Shown here piece after piece: positions 34,030 through 41,215 of a DNA stretch of 48,484 nt (within the stretch, counting starts at the first letter, position 1; every line of letters begins with the position of its first letter). The position numbers were made by a program, and so were the translations under genes. The DNA is from an uncultured Candidatus Saccharibacteria bacterium (GTDB lineage: Bacteria > Patescibacteriota > Andersenbacteria > UBA10190). The stretch lies in NCBI GenBank assembly GCA_964359735.1, contig CAYHTZ010000007.1, forward strand, positions 1 to 48,484, given 5' to 3'. A model generated the notes under the pieces. It had not been told where the DNA came from. It saw only the letters and a list, made by a program, of their open reading frames with translations, and searched no databases.

Positions 34030-34104
34030 CTAAGGCCTGCCCCGTACCGAACTTGTTCTGGTGCTGGGGTCGAGCAGAAAAATTTACAGACCCATTTTGA
34101 GTAG
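34030..34104 (+). pseudogene. Orphan, synonymously diverged second copy of the recG C-terminus carrying its own hairpin insert
   Basis: CTA AGG [33-nt CCTGCCCCGTACCGAACTTGTTCTGGTGCTGGG] GTC GAG CAG AAA AAT TTA CAG ACC CAT TTT GAG TAG = LR..VEQKNLQTHFE*, versus recG LRRKVEQKNVQTHFE*. Confidence 0.85.
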
Positions 34105-34608
34105 GTAGTATCGCCAGGGCAGCTTCGCGTGCTCACCGGCGTAGGGAATACCGATGCGGGGAGATGTTTTGGTATTTTGCTTCGATACCCGAAATCCGTC
34201 ATCTGCTAGATACAGCCGCTTGCTCGTTATTAGATCCTCGCCGTTGAGTTTGCGTGTGATGTGCATTGCCCGTGTTAATTTTCCCGGCCCGTTCCATTTG
34301 CCTGCCGCTCGCACCAGCACGGCCGCTGGGAATTCTTTTTTGTCTGTCACAATGTTGAGCATGTTGTACATACCGTAAATGAAATACACGTACGCGTGTC
34401 CCGCTTCGCCGTACATCACTGCATTGCGCTGCGTTTTTCCAAACCGTGCGTGGCTGGCGAGATCATCTTCACCTATGTACGCTTCTGTTTCCATGATACG
34501 TGCCATTATCTTCTGACCACGATAGTTGCGCACTAACAGCTTGCCGAGCAATTCCTTCGCAACCACATGTGTGTCGCGCGCAAAAAATGAACGTGGTAAT
34601 CTTTTCAT
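34084..34608 (-). CDS. mpg: DNA-3-methyladenine glycosylase (MPG/AAG family)
   Basis: LPRSFFAR, VAKELLGK, IMETEAY, ASHA, YVYFIYGMY, NGPGKL, PRIGI, PWRYY. Confidence 0.93.
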   Translation of the reverse strand: MKRLPRSFFARDTHVVAKELLGKLLVRNYRGQKIMARIMETEAYIGEDDLASHARFGKTQRNAVMYGEAGHAYVYFIYGMYNMLNIVTDKKEFPAAVLVRAAGKWNGPGKLTRAMHITRKLNGEDLITSKRLYLADDGFRVSKQNTKTSPRIGIPYAGEHAKLPWRYYLLKMGL

Positions 34609-35148
34609 ATGAGTCAGCTGGTGCAGATTATTCTAGAAACAATTTGGCTCCTTTTACCAGCGGGCGTGGCCAACACCGCCCCAGTGTTCGCAGCCCGGTA
34701 TAGCTGGCTGCCTGCTCTCTCCACCCCCATCCACGCTCCTCTTTTAGGCACACATAAAACGGTTCGCGGTCTTATTGTTGGCACAGTTTTTGGCTCTGTT
34801 ACGGGTATGATTCAGTTCGGTGTCCAGGCGTTTCCAGCGATAAAGGACATTTCACTCCTTCCGCTTACGACTCTGGTTCTTGCCGTTCTCTTCGGGGGGC
34901 TCTTAGGCTTCGGTGCGCTGCTCGCGGATACTGCGAAAAGTTTTTTTAAACGCCGGTTACGCATTGATCCTGGAAAAAGTTTGCCCATTGTCGACCAAGT
35001 TGATTCCACCATCGGTGCTCTTGTGGTCGCGTGGTTCTTTGTTCCCTTAACACTGGCACACATTGTCACCGCCATAATTCTTTTTGGACCAATTTCATTT
35101 CTGGTGAGTTACGTTGGAGTGAAATTGAAAATAAAGTCATCATTGTAA
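34609..35148 (+). CDS. carS: CDP-archaeol synthase (CarS/DUF46) family cytidylyltransferase
   Basis: LPAGVANTAP, GTHKTVRG, DTAKSFFKRRL, PG, DQVD; multiple TMs. Confidence 0.85.
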   Translation: MSQLVQIILETIWLLLPAGVANTAPVFAARYSWLPALSTPIHAPLLGTHKTVRGLIVGTVFGSVTGMIQFGVQAFPAIKDISLLPLTTLVLAVLFGGLLGFGALLADTAKSFFKRRLRIDPGKSLPIVDQVDSTIGALVVAWFFVPLTLAHIVTAIILFGPISFLVSYVGVKLKIKSSL

Positions 35149-35174
35149 GGGTGTGTATAACTCGCGCAAAAACA

Positions 35175-35204
35175 TTGCGCACAAATATTTATTTTCTGTA
35201 CAAT
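35175..35204 (+). promoter_or_regulatory. Candidate sigma70 promoter for the basic sORF
   Basis: TTGCGC-N18-TACAAT; SD GGAGGT at 35223-35228, 7 nt before ATG 35236. Confidence 0.55.
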
Positions 35205-35235
35205 GGTAATATGAACTCGGAGGGAGGTGAGTAGT

Positions 35236-35334
35236 ATGCCAAAGCGTCGCAAGAAAGTTGCGAAGAAGCGAAAGACTGCTCGCCGAAAGAAAGGTGGCAA
35301 GAAAAAGAAATCTTCTCGCCGCAAGCGAAGATAA
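35236..35334 (+). CDS. 32-aa protamine/histone-H1-like ultra-basic protein
   Basis: MPKRRKKVAKKRKTARRKKGGKKKKSSRRKRR*; 22/32 K+R, no acidic residues; strong SD, promoter and terminator. Below the ORF-track length cutoff. Confidence 0.8.
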   Translation: MPKRRKKVAKKRKTARRKKGGKKKKSSRRKRR

Positions 35335-35347
35335 CGTTATTCGCAAC

Positions 35348-35379
35348 AAAAATCTCACTCACCCGAGTGAGATTTTTTT
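35348..35379. terminator. Bidirectional intrinsic terminator
   Basis: AAAAATCTCACTC-accc-GAGTGAGATTTTTTT between convergent genes. Confidence 0.9.
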
Positions 35380-35381
35380 GT

Positions 35382-35999
35382 TCAAACCAGCAATTGTTCT
35401 AAGTGCAAGTGAAACTTTTCTACTAGCTGCTGTGTGAGTTTGTTCTCTCGCAGCTGCTCTACAACGCCATTTACCTCCTCTGCGCTGCTCTGAGACAGGC
35501 CTATATCTAAAGATAGCTGCTGGCGTGAAGCCGCATCAGGCCGCCGCTTAAAGTAGCGCTGCAAGGTGTCGTGCCAGCGCTGTATTCCTTCGCGCGAGCT
35601 CACGTAGTATAGCTCCTCCTCGTAGATGGCAGAGAGCGAGCGCTGCACCAGATTCCAATCAGCAAAGAGATCATAGATGAGCTCGTCCTCGAGCAGCTTG
35701 ACCGCGTGGGGGACAAAGGGGTGCCAGGGGAGAGATTCTTTCATGTTCGCCTCCTGCCAAAATTTCTCGCGCGTAGCATCAATCCAGGCATGTACGCGCA
35801 TACCCGTGTCGAAATCATTTTTACCGACCAGCGAAGTAAGTCCCACGTTCTGCGGGTGAGTGCGGTGGCGGCTGATTAAACCCAGATGACGGATATCAGG
35901 AAATAGCGTGCCTGCCCAGTACCGGGAGTCAGAGACCTTACCCTCCAGGTGTTTGAGTAGCCGCGCCGCATATACGACATGCGCCACCTCCCCGGCCAT
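35382..35999 (-). CDS. Putative metal-dependent hydrolase (Zn-dependent phospholipase C-like)
   Basis: MAGEVAH, GTLFPDIRH, RTH, GMRVHAWID spacing. Start set to ATG 35999. Confidence 0.65.
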   Translation of the reverse strand: MAGEVAHVVYAARLLKHLEGKVSDSRYWAGTLFPDIRHLGLISRHRTHPQNVGLTSLVGKNDFDTGMRVHAWIDATREKFWQEANMKESLPWHPFVPHAVKLLEDELIYDLFADWNLVQRSLSAIYEEELYYVSSREGIQRWHDTLQRYFKRRPDAASRQQLSLDIGLSQSSAEEVNGVVEQLRENKLTQQLVEKFHLHLEQLLV

Positions 36000-36016
36000 A
36001 ATGCTAGAATACACCC
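36000..36016. promoter_or_regulatory. 17-bp bidirectional leaderless-type promoter
   Basis: TGc-TAGAAT + 6 nt + ATG 36017 (+); TATTCT + 6 nt + ATG 35999 (-). Confidence 0.65.
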
Positions 36017-36583
36017 ATGATGAGCAGCACGCATCAGTTGATGGCCCTCCTGTCTGCCTTCTGGGTGCTAACACAGTACCCCGTATCAGTTGGGCCGGTG
36101 ATGGCGGTCTTAGCAATTGTGGCTGTCATGGTTGGTGCGCTTACCCCGGATCTCGACCAACCCACTGCCAATGTGTGGCGGCGAGTGCTGGGAGCACGAG
36201 CATTAGGAAACATTTTTCAGTCCTTTTCGGGTGGTCATCGGCATTTTACCCACTCCGTTATAGGTATTCTGGTTGTCGGCTACGCCCTGCGGTGGGGGAT
36301 CCACCATTTTTTGCGTCCTGAGCTTATCGATGAGGCCATGATCATTTGGCGCGCGTATATGATTGGCTATATCTCTCACCCAATTGCCGATACGCTTACC
36401 GATAACGGCGTACCTTGGCTCTGGCCTCTCCATATTCAAATAAAAGTTCCCCCTGGACCCGAAGAGCTGCGGGTAACTACTGATAGCATTGTGGAACGAG
36501 TCGTGGTTCGTGGAGGTGTTATAATTAGTATTGTTCTTATCGTCCGCAGCCACTGGGACATTTTTCTAAATCTCTTCCGATGA
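36017..36583 (+). CDS. YdjM-like inner-membrane metal-dependent hydrolase
   Basis: STH, GALTPDLD, GHRHFTHS, GYISHPIADTLT, GVPWLWP. Confidence 0.87.
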   Translation: MMSSTHQLMALLSAFWVLTQYPVSVGPVMAVLAIVAVMVGALTPDLDQPTANVWRRVLGARALGNIFQSFSGGHRHFTHSVIGILVVGYALRWGIHHFLRPELIDEAMIIWRAYMIGYISHPIADTLTDNGVPWLWPLHIQIKVPPGPEELRVTTDSIVERVVVRGGVIISIVLIVRSHWDIFLNLFR

Positions 36584-37290
36584 AACGGCTTATCCTATCT
36601 ATCGTAGTGATTACTGCCGCCCTCGCCGTGTTTGCGCTGCTGCGCTGGCCGCTTCCGCCCGAGAGAGAAAACCTCCAAAATCTGACCCGTGCTAGCGTCA
36701 CAATCAACCTCTCCGGAGAATTTGAGCCCAAAACAACCGGTGGCATACTGTCCTGGCTTGGGATTCGCGGTCCCTCAGCCCAGCGCCGCCCGGAAGTCGG
36801 TACCAAGTTTGCCAGCGTGACGACCACCGGCTTCGCCTCCTCTCCGTACCAGACGGACGCCTCGCCTTGCCGTACCGCCTCGGGCGAGTGGGTGCGCCCG
36901 GGGACCTTAGCCGCGAACTTCCTGCCTTTGGGGACCCTCGTAAAGATCTTTATGGATGGCGTTGAAATACCTGGGCTATTTATTGTGGAAGACCGTACCG
37001 CGGACAAATTCGGAAATCGGGTTGATATCTGGTTTGCTCAAACCAGCCAGGCGCTCGACTTTGGCAAACGCAAAGTAGAAATTGTGGTGGTAGGCTATGG
37101 TAAGCCCGGGCAGGCGCTCGCTCAGGTTAGTGAAGATGAAGAAAGTATCCAGGAAACTGAGCGCACCGCCCTGGAGACGATTAAGCTCCGCCTTCGCTCT
37201 ATTGCCGAATTTATCACTACCCGGGGCCAAGATGTCAACCGCTTCGATGTGAACTGCTTGGACTTCCAAAAGGAGCAGTTAAAGCTCTAG
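36580..37290 (+). CDS. 3D-domain (MltA-like) cell-wall protein
   Basis: TGFASSPYQTD, TASG, AANFLPLGT, VEDR, VDIWF, FGKRKV; N-terminal signal/anchor. Confidence 0.85.
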   Translation: MKRLILSIVVITAALAVFALLRWPLPPERENLQNLTRASVTINLSGEFEPKTTGGILSWLGIRGPSAQRRPEVGTKFASVTTTGFASSPYQTDASPCRTASGEWVRPGTLAANFLPLGTLVKIFMDGVEIPGLFIVEDRTADKFGNRVDIWFAQTSQALDFGKRKVEIVVVGYGKPGQALAQVSEDEESIQETERTALETIKLRLRSIAEFITTRGQDVNRFDVNCLDFQKEQLKL

Positions 37291-37377
37291 GCGACTTTTG
37301 CACAGGCATCACTCGCTAAATGAGTGGAAAGTTTCCCCTAGACGAGCCCAGGTCGGGAAGCGTACCGTAGGTACACC

Positions 37378-38385
37378 ATGCTTGCCGTCCTTAAAGAGAA
37401 GCCAGCCCCAGGGGTTACCATTAAAGATGTTCCCGTCCCCAAACCGAAAAAAGACGAGGTATTAGTAAAAGTCTTGATCGCCTCTATTTGTGGCACCGAT
37501 ATCGGCATTTACGACTGGATCCCCTGGGCTGCGGCTCATATTAAGCCTCCTACCATTGTCGGCCATGAAATGGTCGGCGAAGTAGTCAAAGTGAATTCTT
37601 CGCAAAAGACGTCTCTGAAAGTAGGGGATAAAGTATCGTCTGAAACTCATATTTTCTGCCTCAACTGCTACCAGTGTCAGATCAAGAACTACCACGTGTG
37701 TGAAAATATGGAATTGTTTGGCATAGGCCGTGACGGCGCCTTTGCCGAGTATGCCACTATTCCCGTCAAGACTACGTGGAAGAATGACCCCAGCATTGAT
37801 GTTGAGCTCATGTCTGTGCAAGAACCCCTTGGCAATGCCGTGAACGCTGTCACCAAGGCTGATGTCAAAGGCAAAAAAGTACTCATCATGGGCTTGGGAC
37901 CAACCGGGCTCTGCGCCGGCGCAGTTGCCAAGGTGTACGAGGCCAAAAAGGTAGTTGGCATTAACAATACAGAGTACCGTCGCCAAATTGCTCGGAAGAT
38001 GGGGTACTTCGACCGCGTCACAGACAAGTTAAACCCCAAAGAGTACAACACGTTCGACGTGGTGATTGAAATGAGTGGTAACCGTCTGGGCATTAATATC
38101 GCGCTCGATGCCGTGCGGATTGCCGGGAAATTCATCGCCTTTGGTATTCCTCATGAGCAAGTCACTATCGATTGGGGGAAGTATCTCATTAATAAGGAAC
38201 TCACAATTGAGTCAGTATTTGGCAGAAGTATTTGGGACACATGGAAGAAAACAAATGAACTTCTTGTCTCCAAAAAACTCGATTTAAAAGGCCTCATTAC
38301 CCATCGCTTTAAGCTCTCCGATTTTGAAAAAGCTATGAAGGTTATGAAGAGTAAGAAATGTGGTAAAGTTCTCCTCCTACCATGA
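37378..38385 (+). CDS. tdh: L-threonine 3-dehydrogenase
   Basis: SICGTD, GHEMVG, ETHIFCLNCYQC, GAFAEY, QEPLGNAV, TIESVFGR; ATGA overlap with kbl. Confidence 0.9.
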   Translation: MLAVLKEKPAPGVTIKDVPVPKPKKDEVLVKVLIASICGTDIGIYDWIPWAAAHIKPPTIVGHEMVGEVVKVNSSQKTSLKVGDKVSSETHIFCLNCYQCQIKNYHVCENMELFGIGRDGAFAEYATIPVKTTWKNDPSIDVELMSVQEPLGNAVNAVTKADVKGKKVLIMGLGPTGLCAGAVAKVYEAKKVVGINNTEYRRQIARKMGYFDRVTDKLNPKEYNTFDVVIEMSGNRLGINIALDAVRIAGKFIAFGIPHEQVTIDWGKYLINKELTIESVFGRSIWDTWKKTNELLVSKKLDLKGLITHRFKLSDFEKAMKVMKSKKCGKVLLLP

Positions 38386-39569
38386 AAGAGTTTTACCAAA
38401 AGTTAGCCGCCGAGCCTCGGAAAAATATTCCCGTCGTGGAATCTCCGCAAGGTGCCTACCTCGCCATCGCTGGCAAGAAAGTGCTCAATTTCTGCTCCAA
38501 TAATTACTTGGGCTTAGCGAACCACCCGAGGGTGAGGCGCGCCGCCGCCGCCGCTATTCGGCGCTTCGGCGTGGGCACAGGCTCAGTACGGTTCCTTTCG
38601 GGCACCAATCAGCTTCACATAGAACTCGAGAGTCGTCTCGCAGAGTTCAAAGGAGCCGGAGGAGCTATTGCTTTAACAAGCGGCTACATGGTTAACCTCG
38701 CAGCCATTCAAACGTTCTTGGGGAAAGAAGATATTGTGGTCTCAGACGAGCTCAACCACGCTTCTATTATTGACGCTATCCGCCTCGCCCAAATAAAAAA
38801 CAAATTTATTTACAAACATAAAGATGTTGCCGACTTAGAGGAAAAGCTGAAAGCGGCTCAAGAGGTGAGAAAATCTCCTAAAGAAGACGGCAGCGAGCCG
38901 CTCATGCTCATTGTTACCGACGGCGTTTTCTCAATGGACGGGGATTTAGCTCCGCTGCCGGACATAGTTAGGCTTGCTAAAAAATATCGCGCACTCACCA
39001 TGGTAGATGATGCTCATGGCGAAGGCATATTAGGCAAAGGCGGCCGCGGTATTGTGGATCATTTCAAACTCCACGGGAAAATTGATATTGAAGTAGGCAC
39101 GCTGTCGAAAGCATTCGGTGTCGTGGGCGGGTTCATTACCGGGAAAAAAGAACTCACTGACTACCTTCACGCCAAAGGCCGTCAATTCCTCTTCTCCAAT
39201 GGCTTATCGGTGCCAGATACGGCGGCGCTCATCGAGGCTACCAAAATGCTTGAGGAAAGCGATAGCCTGGTCAAGAAACTTTGGAAGAACACGGCCTATC
39301 TTAAAGGCCAGCTGCAAAAGACTGGCTTTGATACTGGCTCGAGCGAAACTCCCATTACTCCCGTGATGGTTGGTGCCGAAGAATTGGCAGGCAAGTTCAG
39401 CGAAGAGCTTTTAAAGAAAGGAGTGTTCGCGACCGCGATACGGTTTCCGATGGTGCCCGCCGGGAAGGCGCGTCTTAGAATCATGCCTTCGGCTACTCAC
39501 TCCAAAAAAGATCTAGACTTTGGTATTAAAATGCTCACTCAGGTAGCCAGAGAGCTCAGCATATTGTAG
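38382..39569 (+). CDS. kbl: Glycine C-acetyltransferase (2-amino-3-ketobutyrate CoA ligase)
   Basis: NFCSNNYLGL, SVRFLSGT, SDELNHASIID, TDGVFSMDGD, VDDAHG, GTLSKA, ARLR. Confidence 0.92.
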   Translation: MKEFYQKLAAEPRKNIPVVESPQGAYLAIAGKKVLNFCSNNYLGLANHPRVRRAAAAAIRRFGVGTGSVRFLSGTNQLHIELESRLAEFKGAGGAIALTSGYMVNLAAIQTFLGKEDIVVSDELNHASIIDAIRLAQIKNKFIYKHKDVADLEEKLKAAQEVRKSPKEDGSEPLMLIVTDGVFSMDGDLAPLPDIVRLAKKYRALTMVDDAHGEGILGKGGRGIVDHFKLHGKIDIEVGTLSKAFGVVGGFITGKKELTDYLHAKGRQFLFSNGLSVPDTAALIEATKMLEESDSLVKKLWKNTAYLKGQLQKTGFDTGSSETPITPVMVGAEELAGKFSEELLKKGVFATAIRFPMVPAGKARLRIMPSATHSKKDLDFGIKMLTQVARELSIL

Positions 39570-39578
39570 GTTAGTAAC

Positions 39579-40712
39579 ATGAGCAAATACGGCCTACTCG
39601 CGGCCCTGGCGGCGATCTTCTTGAGTGTGCCGGGAAGTGTTTCTGCTAGTACCGCTCTCCTTAAAGAGGTAGGCGTTGATACCGCACGAGCAAACCAAGC
39701 CAAAACAAAACCGTTTACCTTAGTCTCAGGAAACAAGAGGTACACAGCGAGCGCCGGCCAGGCTAGCCTCTGGTTTAAAACCCGCACTGCTGACGGTCAA
39801 ACCTTGCTGCAGCTGCGCCCCGGCGCGATCTATGATTATCTCAATGTTCACGTCTCCCCGTTTGCCAACGAGCTGGGAGAAAACAGCCGCTTCATTCGGG
39901 TGGATGGCAAAGTTCGGCTGGTAGAAGGCGGCCGCAAAGGGAAAATCGTGGACGGCGTAAAAACTTCGCTGGCCATTCGCGATGCGCTTGTCGCCGGCAA
40001 AGACTCGGCCACGCTGTATATGAAAGAGCACCGCCCAACGCTCTTTTCTGCTAGTGATTTTGAGGGGTTAAAATTCCCTGACCTTCTTGCGAAAGGGGAG
40101 AGCAACTTCGCCGGCAGCCCTCGAAATCGCATCCACAACATTAATGTCGGTATGAAAAAATTCGATGGACTTGTCTTACAACCGGGGGAGCAGTTTTCTT
40201 TCAACCAATATTTGGGGAACGTAGACGCGGCCGAAGGGTACCTGCCTGAGCTCGTCATCAAAGACAACGTCACCACTCCCGAGTTTGGCGGGGGGCTGTG
40301 CCAAGTTTCCACGACCGCTTTTCGCGCGGCCATGCAGGCTGGGCTTAAAATCGACCAACGCCGCAACCACGCCTACCCAGTGGCCTACTACGGATATCCT
40401 CCTGGCTACGACGCCACTATTTATCCGCCCAATCCCGACCTTAAATTCACGAACGACACCGGTAGCCCCATCTATTTACGTACCAGTATTGTCGGCACCA
40501 AAGCCGCCTTCGAAGTCTGGGGGAAATCCGATGGCCGTAAAGTAAAAATCAACGGCCCATTTGTTACGGAGAAATTGCCTAAAGGAGGTTTAAAAGCTGC
40601 CGTAGCCCAAATCGTTACCAAGAACGGCAAATCCATCCGCGAAGAAAACTTTGTTTCGGTCTATCAGTCACCCGACAAGTTTCCTACGATTAGAAAAGCC
40701 AATGGGGAGTAA
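39579..40712 (+). CDS. VanW family protein
   Basis: Signal peptide; RIHNI, FSFNQYLG, GGGLCQVSTTAF, RRNHAY, GYDATIY, DLKFTN. Confidence 0.92.
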   Translation: MSKYGLLAALAAIFLSVPGSVSASTALLKEVGVDTARANQAKTKPFTLVSGNKRYTASAGQASLWFKTRTADGQTLLQLRPGAIYDYLNVHVSPFANELGENSRFIRVDGKVRLVEGGRKGKIVDGVKTSLAIRDALVAGKDSATLYMKEHRPTLFSASDFEGLKFPDLLAKGESNFAGSPRNRIHNINVGMKKFDGLVLQPGEQFSFNQYLGNVDAAEGYLPELVIKDNVTTPEFGGGLCQVSTTAFRAAMQAGLKIDQRRNHAYPVAYYGYPPGYDATIYPPNPDLKFTNDTGSPIYLRTSIVGTKAAFEVWGKSDGRKVKINGPFVTEKLPKGGLKAAVAQIVTKNGKSIREENFVSVYQSPDKFPTIRKANGE

Positions 40713-41178
40713 AGAGAGTGGGCTTGCGTCACCCCGTCGCCGACCGCTGAGTGGAGAAGAATTCCGAAGCACCTATTCCAAAGTTCCTCGCTTGTGCGTG
40801 GAAGTGGTTGTGAAAACTGATGCCGGCGTGGTTCTGCTTGTGCGCAAAGAAGCCTCTTGGAAAGGGCAGTGGCATATTCCCGGGGGAACAGTGTTTTACC
40901 AAGAGCCGCTCGAGACGGCTGTGGAAAGAGTTGCTCAAGAAGAACTCGGTATTGAAGTTAACATCGAAAAATTACTTGGCTATATCGAGTACCCCAGCGA
41001 AGTGAAAGAACGCGGCTTCGGCTGGGCCGTGGGCATTGCCTTCCTCTGCACCCCTGCCTCAGATGTCGACTCCGCCGCCTGGGAAAAAGCCGATATTAAA
41101 GTCTTCCAGGAATTACCCGACAACCTCATTGAAGAGCAACGGCCAATCCTCGAACAAGCGCTCGCCGCTGCAGTCTGA
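40702..41178 (+). CDS. Nudix hydrolase (GDP-mannose mannosyl hydrolase-like)
   Basis: VPRLCVE, WHIPGG..E....AVERVAQEELG. Start set to ATG 40702. Confidence 0.87.
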   Translation: MGSKESGLASPRRRPLSGEEFRSTYSKVPRLCVEVVVKTDAGVVLLVRKEASWKGQWHIPGGTVFYQEPLETAVERVAQEELGIEVNIEKLLGYIEYPSEVKERGFGWAVGIAFLCTPASDVDSAAWEKADIKVFQELPDNLIEEQRPILEQALAAAV

Positions 41179-41215
41179 CCTTGCTTTTTTCAGAGAAGAT
41201 GGTATAACATTTCTA

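Noticed and set aside
6010-34068. CRISPR array interpretation of the hairpin repeats
   Set aside because: Copies are dispersed over kilobases, in both orientations, inside genes, with no regular spacers or cas genes.
33982-34104. DGR template/variable repeat interpretation of the recG tail duplication
   Set aside because: Differences include C/T and G/C changes at third codon positions rather than adenine-only changes, and there is no reverse transcriptase in the window.
37291-37377. Riboswitch upstream of tdh-kbl
   Set aside because: Small hairpins exist (CACTC/GAGTG, GTACC/GGTAC) but I see no glycine-riboswitch or T-box consensus.
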